Of a stretch of 64,000 nt of DNA, positions 49,458 through 59,702 are shown piece after piece. How positions within the stretch are numbered: the stretch's first letter is position 1; every line of letters begins with the position of its first letter. Location of the stretch: NCBI GenBank assembly GCA_965205975.1, contig OZ242195.1, positions 256,001-320,000 on the forward strand, in the 5' to 3' direction. The position numbers and the translations under genes were made by a program. The DNA is from Candidatus Latescibacterota bacterium. GTDB taxonomy: Bacteria; Latescibacterota; UBA2968. The notes beneath the pieces are model-generated. The model was not told where the DNA came from. It did no database searches and worked only from the letters and a program-made list of their open reading frames with translations.

Positions 49458-50042
49458 TTAGTAGATATAGACCCGGTCGCCAACTTGAAGTGAGCGATAC
49501 ACAAAAGCCAGGTCTTCGTCGTTGAGGCGAATACATCCGTGCGTGATATGCCGTCCGAGCAATGTGGGATAAAGAGTACCGTGAATTTCGTACCCATCGC
49601 CCAATTCGAGGGCGTAGGCACCCAAGGTTGTCCGGTCGAGACGCCGAAACTCCCAGGGCAATACAGTGGGTTCTTCTCCATTTTCGATAAAGGCCCACAC
49701 GGGCTTGGCCCAGATGGGGTCTGTCACTTTGTGCAAAATAGTTCTGACACCCAATGGGGTGTGAAATTGCCAGCGTGCCGAAGCACCCGGATGGAGCAGT
49801 ACTTTGCCGCTGCCTGTCGCACACGTCGCTTCTCTTATTATCTGGTTGTTGTGCCAAACTTGAAGACGGTTATGTACGGTATCGATAACGATGTAGGTTT
49901 CTGCTGAGTGTCGTTTCAACGCTTCCCGAAGTGATGCGATGTCAGCTTTGAGTTGTTCGACCTCTGTTTCTCGCGCGGGTATATGCAGGGAAAAACAGAA
50001 GGACAAATAGAGAGCGAGCAATATGGTGTAAAAGCTGTGCAT
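49458..50042 (-). CDS. L,D-transpeptidase (YkuD family)
   Basis: YIVIDT, ATG, TPLG, IHGT...THGCIRL catalytic motif. Confidence 0.93.
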   Translation of the reverse strand: MHSFYTILLALYLSFCFSLHIPARETEVEQLKADIASLREALKRHSAETYIVIDTVHNRLQVWHNNQIIREATCATGSGKVLLHPGASARWQFHTPLGVRTILHKVTDPIWAKPVWAFIENGEEPTVLPWEFRRLDRTTLGAYALELGDGYEIHGTLYPTLLGRHITHGCIRLNDEDLAFVYRSLQVGDRVYIY

Positions 50043-50129
50043 GTATGGCTCAGAAATTGTAAAACCGAGGCGCGCAAAAAGCACCTCGGTTTTTGTCTTT
50101 CATTAAGAAGATATTTGGGTGGTGCCTAC

Positions 50130-50756
50130 CTACAGGCGGAAGTACCAGGGTTTGTGTCGCTCTTTCCAATCTTCGATTTTCTGGAGCGCGACCGAAACAG
50201 CACCCTGAACCTCAGAGAGTTTGTTTTCTGCACCCTGAGCTTGACCAAGAGCATCTCTGTATTGCCCGTTGTCGAGGCTGCTGCGTGCATCGCTTATATT
50301 GGTCTCGGCCTGATTCAGGTCGGCGTTGAGCTGATCGAGATCATCGTCCGCGCCTTTTCCCCGAGGTGCCTCGCCCAAACTGACTCTGGTATCTGAAATA
50401 CCTGGCGTTACGCGTTCGATAATTGCCTGGGTATCGGCCTCCAGTTGCCTATTGGTGTCAGCTTCTGATTTGGCGCTATTAGCTAACTCCTGAGCTTCTA
50501 CATAAAGAGGCTCGGCCTCGTCAAATTTATTAAAGAAAAAGAACTTTTTTTCTTCAAACTTTTTGGCAGCACTGTCTATGGCAGCAGTTGCTAAACTATA
50601 TGCGGCGGGCGCATAAGACTCAGCCTGAGCCGCTTGAGCTGCAGCATAAGCAGCCTCAGTATCTGCTTTCAATTTTACCAATTCTTCGGAAGGCCCACAA
50701 CCCGTTATGGCAAATGCCAAAATTAGAACAGTGCAAAGGCTTAAAATGGATCGCAT
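50130..50756 (-). CDS. Alpha-helical coiled-coil lipoprotein (DUF4398-like)
   Basis: Lipobox ITGC; Ala-rich helices (AAQAAQAESYAP); RBS AAGGAG. Confidence 0.75.
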   Translation of the reverse strand: MRSILSLCTVLILAFAITGCGPSEELVKLKADTEAAYAAAQAAQAESYAPAAYSLATAAIDSAAKKFEEKKFFFFNKFDEAEPLYVEAQELANSAKSEADTNRQLEADTQAIIERVTPGISDTRVSLGEAPRGKGADDDLDQLNADLNQAETNISDARSSLDNGQYRDALGQAQGAENKLSEVQGAVSVALQKIEDWKERHKPWYFRL

Positions 50757-50898
50757 CCTTAGACTCCTTGAGTTTGTTGTCAATAAAGGCTTTACGCATT
50801 GTTTCCTTTGCGGAAGATAAAACACAAATTTCCGCTTGTCAACACCAATTTTGAGATATGGAAAATGGCATTGAGCAGTCGGTGACGGAGTATTTTAT

Positions 50899-51750
50899 TT
50901 ATCGACGTTCACTTTTTTTATAAAAAAGTTTGTTCAGCGGGCTTTTGGGTGCTGTAAGGTATTTGGCTTCGTCGGGCGTCAAGGCTTTGTCAAAAACAGC
51001 GATTTCATCGATTTCTCCAGGGTATTTGAAATGATTAAATCGCATCACGAGGGTTTCTATATCCCAGGTCATATTCTGTTGAAGCGGACCTTTGCGCCCT
51101 GCTTCTTTGCCATCTATATACAACGCCCATTCTGCATCGGCCTTGCCACTGTTAAAGTTGGACCAGGTAATCGCTATGTGGTGCCAGTCATTTGCACGCC
51201 AATTGACTGGCACAGAAATCACACGAGCAGCGACCACATCGTCGGTAACTGGCTGTTCTTTGTTGGGGTAACATCCAAACCGAAGCGTGCCATCGGCTTT
51301 TTTGAAATCAACGAAAACGACTGCATCGTCCCAGGGATATTTCCCCTCCTCTTTTTTGCCAATGTGAAAGGGCTCTGGGTAGCTTTCATCAAAGCTGGCG
51401 ATGTCGGCTTTGAGCCAGAATGCAATGCTGCCAGACCACGCGTTGTTTGCACTGTAGGCGAGGTTGTTTTTTCCGCTGTAATTGAGCGCGCCTGCATTTG
51501 GGTTAAAAGCCAAATACCCGTCGGGATTACCGCCCTGTTTGATGTGGTTGGTGTTGGCTGTGTCAAAGGTGGCCAATGGATCGCCGAGGCTGTCGAGGGC
51601 ATCCACGCCTTTTTCAAAGTTGGCAAAAAAAAGTACGTGTGCTCGCAAGCTCTCTTCAATGGCCTTTTCGGGACCACCACAAGCTGTTGTGATCGCCAAA
51701 AATATGACGATTAGAGTGCCGCGAGATAAATGGGGAAGATGGAGCGACAT
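50899..51750 (-). CDS. LamG-like jellyroll domain lipoprotein
   Basis: Lipobox TTAC; GSIAFWLK, WHHIAITW, LYIDG, GEIDEIAVFDKALT. Confidence 0.85.
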   Translation of the reverse strand: MSLHLPHLSRGTLIVIFLAITTACGGPEKAIEESLRAHVLFFANFEKGVDALDSLGDPLATFDTANTNHIKQGGNPDGYLAFNPNAGALNYSGKNNLAYSANNAWSGSIAFWLKADIASFDESYPEPFHIGKKEEGKYPWDDAVVFVDFKKADGTLRFGCYPNKEQPVTDDVVAARVISVPVNWRANDWHHIAITWSNFNSGKADAEWALYIDGKEAGRKGPLQQNMTWDIETLVMRFNHFKYPGEIDEIAVFDKALTPDEAKYLTAPKSPLNKLFYKKSERR

Positions 51751-51913
51751 GTGTGAGGTCTCCTCAAAAAAGAAATTTGGCGCATTGCATTATTAAGTTG
51801 AGTGCATAAATTGATATACTCCCAAAATGCGGGTATGTCAATACTAAAATTACGAGATTGCGAAGATAGCTTAATTACTCGAAAAATCAACTGCGTGTGT
51901 CTCTGAAATTGTC

Positions 51914-51942
51914 TTGACATCTCAAAAGTTATTTATTAGCAT
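51914..51942 (+). promoter_or_regulatory. Putative sigma70 promoter
   Basis: TTGACA - 17 nt - TAGCAT, about 50 nt upstream of the 51993 start. Confidence 0.55.
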
Positions 51943-51992
51943 AAAAATTCAATTTTCTCAAAACGTGCGGCATTTTAACAGGAGCCTCCTCG

Positions 51993-54900
51993 ATGCGTAA
52001 AATCGGCACAGGTATTCTCTGGGTTATCACGATTTTGATGTTGTCTTCGGTGACCATTTTTAATCCGGGACAGGTGACGGATTTTTTTGTGACGCTTTTT
52101 AATATTAAACCGAGTATTCCCGAACTCAAACCCATTGAAATTTCAGAACGGGATCGCGAAATTCGATCCATTGCAGAGTCCATTACAGAAGAAGATGTGC
52201 GCCAAATCATTGCTGACTTATCTGGCATGGGATCTCGGGTTCCTGGCTATGCGGGGCATAGGCAGGCTTTTGAATATGTCAAACAGCATTTTGAGCAATT
52301 TGGTCTTGAAGATATCGCGGTCGAAGAGCACACGGTAACGGTTCCTATTGACAAAGGTGCTTCACTCACTTTGACGGATACCGGCGAAGAAATTGCGATC
52401 TACGGTTTTTGGCCCAACCATGTACAAACGCCCTCTGTGCCCAGCGCTGGGATTTCGGGGGCGCTTATTTATGGGGGCAAAGGATCATTTGCAGAACTCA
52501 ACGGCAAAAAGGTCGAAGGCAGTATTGTCCTGATGGACTTCGATTGTGACCAGGGCTATTTAAGCCCGCGTATGCTGGGGGCGCAGGCCATTTTATTTTA
52601 CGACAATGGGCGGGTGACACAGGGGCAGGCTGTAGATAAATTTTTGCCCGTGCCCGTTGATGTGCCGCGGTTCTGGGTAAAAAAAGACGATGCTTTGCGC
52701 TTGCTCGAACTGGCCCAAACGCAATCTCCTGAAGTGCATTTAACGTCGAAGATGGATTGGGAAGAGGTGCCGACCTGGAATATTTTTGCAACTCTTCCAG
52801 GGTCCGAAGACTATATCACGGAGCGCGAAGAACGCAAGTGGAAAGACCAGCAGATTGTGTTGAGTGCTTTTTACGATGCCATTTCCGTTGTGCCCGCTCT
52901 CGCACCAGGGGCTGAAAATGCGACGGGTTTGGCTGCGCTTTTACACACTGCCCGCGTTTTGAAACAGAATCCGCCCAAATATTCGATGACCTTTTTGGCA
53001 ACGGGTTCTCATTTCCAGGGCCTGGCAGGCATCAATGATTTTGTGTATCGGCATTCGCGCGAAAGCGATCATTTTCGCGATAAGATTCCCGATAGTTTAT
53101 CGGTTGCCGGTGCTTATCTCGATGGCGAACTTATTCCGCGCGACAGCGAAGAGTTTGAAGAACTTATTCCCGACAGCTATAAAATTGATTTTCGGTTATT
53201 CATCGGCTTAGATCTGTCGAGTGAATCCGATGAGTTGGCGAGCTTTTCACACGGCACCTTTAACAACCCAAATTGGCAGACAGACAATTATCTGAATAAT
53301 CTGTTGGCGCCTTATGCGGACAAATTCGATAAATATATGGCCAAAGTATTTCCGGGCGAAGAAGTGCGCCATGTCGATGCGATTGCACCGCCAAAACGCA
53401 CGTGGAAAAATTTTATGCCCATTCGCCTGGGATTTGACAGCGAGGCCGTTACGTTTGTTGGGAAAGAAGGCATTACACTGGCGACGCCATCAACAGTGCG
53501 GCGTTTTGTCGATACGCCCATCGATCGCGTTGAGAATGTCAATATGGACAATTTGACGCGCCAGGTCCAAACGGCGATAGCTGCCATGATGAAAGCGGGT
53601 GAAGATCCCGAGTTTTTCAGGGTGTCCAAACTCAAATTGCAAGATCGCGGTCACAGTTTGAGAGGACAGGTATTGTGGTTTGATCGCAATGTCGATTTCG
53701 CGTTGCCCCGCGTGCCCGTGCCCGGTGGGGTTGCGACGTACCGGCAACCGGGCAATGTTCACAGTTGCGCGGGAGTGCGGACGCTGATTATTGACAAGAC
53801 AACAGAAGGTCCCATTTACGATATCGATAAATTGGCAGACGGTCAGACAGAAGATGCAGATATAGATTTGTTTGGCGATAAAAATAAGGTAAAGGAAACC
53901 GGATGGTTTTTCTTCAACATTATGCGAAATCGGTTTACCAATCGCATTTTGGCTTATGATATTGACGAAGAGGGGAATATTACGTCGGCACCCGACATGG
54001 GTACTGAAGGGGATAAGAAATTTCCACTGACACAGCGATATGGCTGGTGGGAAAATGAAATGCTGACGGTTCTGTTTAAGAGTCGCTCCATCAGTGTTTT
54101 TGAAATTATCGATTCGAGCTATTTGTCGGCACTCGATTTTATGACGGTGCTCAATGACAACGATACGCAACCTATAGAATTTGGCTATACGTATTTGCCT
54201 GGACAAAGCACCAAAGAAGGCGACGTGACGCGCGCTGCAGTGACGTTTGCGCGTGTGGATGAACACACGGGAGAAGCCGAGCGGTTGAAAGTTTTGATGA
54301 GCACGGGTTTGTTTGGTGTTAAGTATTTGTTGATCAATGCTCCCCAGAAATTTTTGGACAATCCGATTGATAAACGCGAGGTGAATCCCGATATTCTGGA
54401 AGAGGCCCGAGGTGAAGGGTATGAACCCGGCGTCATTTTCACGCCCTCGTATCAGGCCGCTAAGGATATGTGGGTGATTGACGATGTGCGGATGAAACAG
54501 TTGGCGCAATTTGGTATTGAAAACAATCGACTCACCCTGTTGCACAACAGCGCGCGTGAGGCATTGATCGAAGCGCGTCAGCACCTTGAAAATTTGGATT
54601 ACGAAGGGTTTATGGCCGCATCTCGGCGGGCATGGGGGCTGGAGGCTCGGGGGTATCCCGAAGTGATGGCGACGGCCAATGATACTGTGCGGGGTATTAT
54701 TTTTTATTTTATTTTATTATTGCCGTTTTCATTTTTTTGCGAGCGATTGTTGATCGGCGCGTCGAGTATTACCGCGAGGTTGAGCTGGTTTGCCGCATTT
54801 TTTATATTTTTCTTTATTGTCCTGCGATTTGTCCATCCGGCTTTTCAGTTGAGCAATTCCCCCTATATTATTTTTCTCGCATTTGTGATTATGGCTCTCG

Positions 54901-56846
54901 GAGGCGTGGCCATGGTCATTGTGGTGTCTAAGTTTGGCGATGAAGTTCGCAAAATGAAGCAGGCTTCTGCCGGGACTTATGAAGCCGATGTCGGGCGCAT
55001 TAGCGCGACGTCGGCCGCGGTTGTGCTGGGTATTTCAAATCTGCGAAAGCGCCCTATGCGTACGGGATTGACAGCAATTACATTGACTTTATTGACGTTT
55101 ACGACCCTGTCTTTTACTTCGGTGCAGACTTCGTTGAAGTTTTACAAATTGCCCCGCGATAACGAGCCGTCGTATCAGGGGGCACTCGTGCGCGACCGAT
55201 CCTGGCGCGGGATGCAAGAATCCGTGCTCAATTATCTCAATAGTGCTTTTGAAGGTCGCGCCGATATTGTGCCTCGATCGTGGTATTTGTCACAGGTGCG
55301 TGGTGAGCGCGCTTATGTGAATTTTTCTCGCGTGACAGAGGCTACTGCCGATATGGGCCCCAAGGAGATTTACGTCGATTTCGATGTGGGCATTACCACG
55401 GGAAAAGACAGTTTTGTCAATGCGTTGTTGGGGCTTACGCCAGACGAACCCAAAATTACCGGGGCTGATCGCTATTTGATGAGTGGGCGATGGTTTGAAC
55501 CCGGGGAAGAGTTCGTTTGCCTGTTGCCAAATGATCTGGCCGAGCTTGTCGGTATTTTTCCCGAGGATGCAGGAACGGCTAAAATTGAAATGCAGGGGCA
55601 GATTTTTACGGTGATTGGGATTTTGGATTCCGAGATGTTTAACAAGTTTAAAGATCTGGATGATGAAAAACTGACCCCTGTCGATACGGTTAAAGAGAAA
55701 GACGATTTGGCAGATGCACAGGATCAGGATCCGAGGGTTGTCGCGGCTGCGCCGATTGAAACCTTTACCCATTTGGAATCGACCAATGTGCTCGTCGTGC
55801 CCTATGAGTATATTCGGGATATCGGGGGTGTGTTGGCCTCGGTGGCGATTGCAAATTTTAAGGATGAGAGCGGGCAGCCTAAGTTGAATTTTGTTCCCGA
55901 CATCGAAGAGTTTATGGCGCGCGTGTCTTTGACGATGTTCGTGGGCAAGGATGATGGTGTAACCGTCTATAGTTCGATTGGTTCAACGTCGCTTTCTGGA
56001 TTGGGCAATTTGTTTATTCCGATCTTGATTGCGGCACTTATTGTACTCAATACTATGATGGGTGCTGTGTATGAGCGTTTCCGAGAGATCAGTATTTATT
56101 CTTCGGTGGGATTGGCTCCCAATCATATTGCCGCACTTTTCCTCGCGGAGGCTGGCGTATTTGCCACACTCGGCGCGGTTATGGGATATTTGATTGGACA
56201 GGTTCTGGTGCTCGTACTTTACAATGAGGGATTGTTGGGAGGCCTGGAATTAAATTATTCGTCCTTATCTGCAATTTCCGCCACGTTGATTGTGATGGCA
56301 ACGGTATTTCTCTCCGCGCTTTATCCAGCTAAAAAAGCTGCGGATATGGCTGTGCCCGATGTGACCCGTAAATGGGAATTTCCCGATCCAGATGGCGATC
56401 GGTGGGTGTTTGACTTTCCCTTTACAGTAGGCGGTGCCGAGGTATTGGGCATGTACTCTTATTTGACCCGGGTTTTTGAATCTTATGGTGAGGGATCGGT
56501 GGGTGATTTTGTTGCAGATCATGTGAAGTTCTGGTCTGAGGATCACGAGGGAGAACCGCAATACAATATTGACCTGACGGCATGGTTGGCACCTTATGAC
56601 CTGGGAATTAGCCAGGAAGTGCAGTTAAAAGCTATTCCAACGGGTGAGCATAATATTTATAAAATTGAAGTGGTGATCAATCGCTTGAGCGGTGATGTGG
56701 CGTCCTGGAAACGGATCAATCGCGGATTTTTGAATGTGTTGAGAAAGCGATTCCTGGTCTGGCGCACAATTCCGGGCGATATGAAGTTCAATTATGCAGA
56801 AGACGGACGCCGGGTTTTGTCTGGCGAAGTCGCGGCAATAGCATAA
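51993..56846 (+). CDS. Giant membrane protein: degenerate M28 peptidase-like ectodomain + FtsX-like permease
   Basis: SRVPGYAG, AFYD, APGAENATG, FIGLDLS (M28-like); TM cluster; NLRKRPMRT; VYERFREISIYSSVGLAP...LYPAKKAA (FtsX-like). Confidence 0.8.
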   Translation: MRKIGTGILWVITILMLSSVTIFNPGQVTDFFVTLFNIKPSIPELKPIEISERDREIRSIAESITEEDVRQIIADLSGMGSRVPGYAGHRQAFEYVKQHFEQFGLEDIAVEEHTVTVPIDKGASLTLTDTGEEIAIYGFWPNHVQTPSVPSAGISGALIYGGKGSFAELNGKKVEGSIVLMDFDCDQGYLSPRMLGAQAILFYDNGRVTQGQAVDKFLPVPVDVPRFWVKKDDALRLLELAQTQSPEVHLTSKMDWEEVPTWNIFATLPGSEDYITEREERKWKDQQIVLSAFYDAISVVPALAPGAENATGLAALLHTARVLKQNPPKYSMTFLATGSHFQGLAGINDFVYRHSRESDHFRDKIPDSLSVAGAYLDGELIPRDSEEFEELIPDSYKIDFRLFIGLDLSSESDELASFSHGTFNNPNWQTDNYLNNLLAPYADKFDKYMAKVFPGEEVRHVDAIAPPKRTWKNFMPIRLGFDSEAVTFVGKEGITLATPSTVRRFVDTPIDRVENVNMDNLTRQVQTAIAAMMKAGEDPEFFRVSKLKLQDRGHSLRGQVLWFDRNVDFALPRVPVPGGVATYRQPGNVHSCAGVRTLIIDKTTEGPIYDIDKLADGQTEDADIDLFGDKNKVKETGWFFFNIMRNRFTNRILAYDIDEEGNITSAPDMGTEGDKKFPLTQRYGWWENEMLTVLFKSRSISVFEIIDSSYLSALDFMTVLNDNDTQPIEFGYTYLPGQSTKEGDVTRAAVTFARVDEHTGEAERLKVLMSTGLFGVKYLLINAPQKFLDNPIDKREVNPDILEEARGEGYEPGVIFTPSYQAAKDMWVIDDVRMKQLAQFGIENNRLTLLHNSAREALIEARQHLENLDYEGFMAASRRAWGLEARGYPEVMATANDTVRGIIFYFILLLPFSFFCERLLIGASSITARLSWFAAFFIFFFIVLRFVHPAFQLSNSPYIIFLAFVIMALGGVAMVIVVSKFGDEVRKMKQASAGTYEADVGRISATSAAVVLGISNLRKRPMRTGLTAITLTLLTFTTLSFTSVQTSLKFYKLPRDNEPSYQGALVRDRSWRGMQESVLNYLNSAFEGRADIVPRSWYLSQVRGERAYVNFSRVTEATADMGPKEIYVDFDVGITTGKDSFVNALLGLTPDEPKITGADRYLMSGRWFEPGEEFVCLLPNDLAELVGIFPEDAGTAKIEMQGQIFTVIGILDSEMFNKFKDLDDEKLTPVDTVKEKDDLADAQDQDPRVVAAAPIETFTHLESTNVLVVPYEYIRDIGGVLASVAIANFKDESGQPKLNFVPDIEEFMARVSLTMFVGKDDGVTVYSSIGSTSLSGLGNLFIPILIAALIVLNTMMGAVYERFREISIYSSVGLAPNHIAALFLAEAGVFATLGAVMGYLIGQVLVLVLYNEGLLGGLELNYSSLSAISATLIVMATVFLSALYPAKKAADMAVPDVTRKWEFPDPDGDRWVFDFPFTVGGAEVLGMYSYLTRVFESYGEGSVGDFVADHVKFWSEDHEGEPQYNIDLTAWLAPYDLGISQEVQLKAIPTGEHNIYKIEVVINRLSGDVASWKRINRGFLNVLRKRFLVWRTIPGDMKFNYAEDGRRVLSGEVAAIA

Positions 56847-56883
56847 CGCGCAGATTTTGTGAATTTCCTTCTGGGAGGCAATT

Positions 56884-58941
56884 TTGGCAACCGACGAACC
56901 AAGAGATACTGAAGAGACAAAAGAGGATCTGACAGAATACGAACAGATTATGCCAGAGGACGCGCCCTTTGAGGATGGCTTTGGCTGGAAGACGATATGG
57001 GCGACGGCGTTCGTTGGGATTGTCATGTTGCCGGGGGCGATTTATTTGGGCCTGGTGACCGGGCAAAGCATGGCTGGCGCGTCTGAGTGGGTGACGATTA
57101 TTCTCTTTTTAGAGATTGCCAAGCGCTCTTTTGTTCGGCTCAGGACACAGGAAATTTTGATCATCTATTGGGTCGCCGCAGGGCTGTTGGGCATTGGGGT
57201 AAAACTCGGCTCCGGCGCGCATCTATACGGTGGACCTTTTGGAGGGTTGATCTGGGATCAATATTTGATTCAGTCACCCGCGGCAAAAGGTCTGGATAGT
57301 TATATCCCAAATTGGGTGACGCCACCTCTGGATTCGCCGGTTTATGCCGAGCGCACATTTGTGCATCCCGACTGGATTTTGCCAGTGTTGATTCTGTTTC
57401 TGGTCATGATTATTAATCAGGCTGCGCGGCTGTCTTTTGGGTATGTGATGTTCCGCATTACCAGCGATATCGAGCAATTGCCCTTTCCCCTCGAGCCTGT
57501 TCAAGCACGGGGTGTCACAGCACTGGCTGAAACATCGGCCAAAACCGAGGGTTGGCGGTGGCGCGTGTTTAGCACGGGAACGTGTATTGGTCTGGTATGG
57601 GGATTGCTCTATGTAGTTGTGCCCACGTTGTCGGGTATTTTTCTGACTGAGACCGTTCAGGTTCTGCCGATTCCGTTTATCGATTTTACAGCCGAGGTAA
57701 AGACCATATTGCCCGCTGCCGTGTTTGGTATAGGAACGGATTTGGGGCATTTATTGTATGGTTTTGTCCTGCCGTTTTACGTGGTGGTGGGGTCGTTTAT
57801 CGGTGCTGTGCTCGCCAATCTGGTAATTAATCCACTGCTTTATACTTACACAGATGTCTTGAGCCGATGGGCACCGGGTATGACGGCGATTCCCGCAAGT
57901 ATTTCCAACCGTTTCGATTTCTGGCTGAGCTTTGGAATCGGTACTTCAATCGTGATCGCGCTCACCGGTTTTTATATGGTGGGCAAAACCCTGTTAGAGC
58001 AGCGCAAGCTGAAACAGGAAACAGGACATCATTCGATAAACATTAGTATGGAGGATTTACCCGAAGGCCGGGGTGATATGCCGATGAAGTGGCCCCTCGT
58101 GTTGTGGGTCATGGCATCTTTTGCCGCCATTGGGCTGTGCCAGTGGCTTGTGCCGGAATTTCAATGGTACTGGCTGGTTTTCTTCGCGTTTATTTATACG
58201 CCTGTTTCGTCTTATATCGGTGCCCGGATGATTGGTCTTACGGGCAGTCCTTATGGGGCGAGCATTCCCTATATTCGAGAAGCGGCCATTTTGTTGTCGG
58301 GGTATAAGGGCGTGGCGGTGTGGTTTGCGCCCATTCCACTGCACGACCACGGGCTGGCCGTGCGGCAGTTTAAGCAACTTGAATTGACCAAAACGAAGAT
58401 CGGCAGTTATCTCAAAATGGTCGTGGTTACGATGTTTGTGATTTTCATTTGCAGCTTTATGTTCTATGAGTTTATCTGGCGGTTGGGACCTATTCCATCT
58501 TCCACATATCCTTATGTCCAGCTATTTTGGCCCTATGAAGCCACGATGCAAACCGTATGGCTTAAAGCGACTTTGCCGCCCGGAGAAGTGCAAGGTGCTG
58601 TGGGTATGGAACTCTTGGCAGATATTATTAAGCCAGAATATATAGGTGTTGGTTTCGTTGCAGGTGGACTTCTCTATCTGGTACTGGTCGCCGCCAAGGT
58701 CCCCGTGCTGGCATTTTTCGGTTTTGTGAATGGTCTGGCGCAATGGCCGCACTTTGTCATTTTAAATTTTGCCGGGGCCATGCTGGGGCGATATCATTTT
58801 CAAAAGCGGTTTGGCGAGTCCAAATGGAAGGCTTACGCGCCTATTTTAGTAGCGGGTTATTCCTGCGGCATGGGGCTTATTGGCATGACGTCAATTGCCG
58901 TGGCTTTGATATCCAAAGCCGTGTCTCAGGTGGTTTTCTAA
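56884..58941 (+). CDS. Polytopic membrane protein, OPT/peptide transporter-like
   Basis: More than 12 hydrophobic segments; EQLPFP, IPYIRE, PIPSSTYP; TTG start with GGAGG RBS. Confidence 0.7.
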   Translation: MATDEPRDTEETKEDLTEYEQIMPEDAPFEDGFGWKTIWATAFVGIVMLPGAIYLGLVTGQSMAGASEWVTIILFLEIAKRSFVRLRTQEILIIYWVAAGLLGIGVKLGSGAHLYGGPFGGLIWDQYLIQSPAAKGLDSYIPNWVTPPLDSPVYAERTFVHPDWILPVLILFLVMIINQAARLSFGYVMFRITSDIEQLPFPLEPVQARGVTALAETSAKTEGWRWRVFSTGTCIGLVWGLLYVVVPTLSGIFLTETVQVLPIPFIDFTAEVKTILPAAVFGIGTDLGHLLYGFVLPFYVVVGSFIGAVLANLVINPLLYTYTDVLSRWAPGMTAIPASISNRFDFWLSFGIGTSIVIALTGFYMVGKTLLEQRKLKQETGHHSINISMEDLPEGRGDMPMKWPLVLWVMASFAAIGLCQWLVPEFQWYWLVFFAFIYTPVSSYIGARMIGLTGSPYGASIPYIREAAILLSGYKGVAVWFAPIPLHDHGLAVRQFKQLELTKTKIGSYLKMVVVTMFVIFICSFMFYEFIWRLGPIPSSTYPYVQLFWPYEATMQTVWLKATLPPGEVQGAVGMELLADIIKPEYIGVGFVAGGLLYLVLVAAKVPVLAFFGFVNGLAQWPHFVILNFAGAMLGRYHFQKRFGESKWKAYAPILVAGYSCGMGLIGMTSIAVALISKAVSQVVF

Positions 58942-59049
58942 CATGAAATGATGGGTGGAACTTTTATCCGGGCATGTGTCGTCTAATTTGTTGCGATTTA
59001 TGCCCGGATTTTTATGGGTATTTTTACAACCTTTTCAAAGGAGCAGATT

Positions 59050-59565
59050 ATGCAGAGGTTTCGACTCTTCGGTTTTTTGGCAGTGGCAATGCTTCTGGCC
59101 GCGTCCTGCGATGTGTGGGCACAGCCTCAAAGAGGCGGTCAAGGTCAAGGTCAACGCGGTCAAGGGCAGCGCGGAGGCGTGCAGGTGCAGCGTTTTTTGC
59201 CGGTTGAACAGGCGCTGACTTATCTGGCGTTTAACGAGAATGTCGCTCTGAGCGATGAGCAACTCGTCAAGGTGCGCGCGTCACTTAAAGGGGTTTATGC
59301 AAAACGCCAGGAGTTGCAAAGAAGCCTGCGCGGTAGCAACGACCAGCAGGCGGCCATGCAGCAAGTGCGCGCACTGCGAATGGAAATGATGCAGGGGCTG
59401 ACAGCCATTCTCAATGAGGATCAGACAAAGGTATTTCAAGAACAGATGCAGCGGATGGGCCAGCGCGGGCAACGCGGAGGGCAAGGTGGTCAGGGTGGTC
59501 AGGGTGGTCGCCGTGGTGGGCAAGGTGGTCGCGGTGGTGGTGGCGGTGGTGGCGGTGGTGAGTAG
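59050..59565 (+). CDS. Exported Gly/Gln/Arg-rich helical protein (Spy/CpxP-like)
   Basis: Signal peptide, LSDEQ...ILNEDQ motifs, Gly-rich tails; RBS AAGGAG. Confidence 0.7.
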   Translation: MQRFRLFGFLAVAMLLAASCDVWAQPQRGGQGQGQRGQGQRGGVQVQRFLPVEQALTYLAFNENVALSDEQLVKVRASLKGVYAKRQELQRSLRGSNDQQAAMQQVRALRMEMMQGLTAILNEDQTKVFQEQMQRMGQRGQRGGQGGQGGQGGRRGGQGGRGGGGGGGGGE

Positions 59566-59600
59566 AAGGTCCCTCTGCCTGTTCAGTATTGGAGATGTCA

Positions 59601-59638
59601 AAACGCGGGTTTCTTTGAAGAAGCCCGCGTTTGTTTTT
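59601..59638 (+). terminator. Intrinsic terminator
   Basis: AAACGCGGG / CCCGCGTTT stem followed by T-rich tail. Confidence 0.7.
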
Positions 59639-59702
59639 GGGGCGCGCTTGTTTATCGGAAAAAAATGGGTTACATTATCTCACATTGCCATGGGAGGGTT
59701 TT

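Noticed and set aside
49453..49857. N-terminal half of the 305-aa ORF 48940..49857
   Set aside because: Out-of-frame overlap with the L,D-transpeptidase gene; reads as non-protein-like
53080..53180. Short internal repeat GAACTTATTCC (IPDS-like x3) in the giant permease
   Set aside because: Small in-frame loop duplication with no further structure
53490..54584. 364-aa antisense ORF (and similar shadow ORFs, e.g. 10672..11412, 51031..51714)
   Set aside because: Entirely antisense to well-supported genes with no motifs; explained by codon bias
59455..59562. GGT/GGC-rich low-complexity repeat
   Set aside because: Simply encodes the Gly-rich tail of an exported protein
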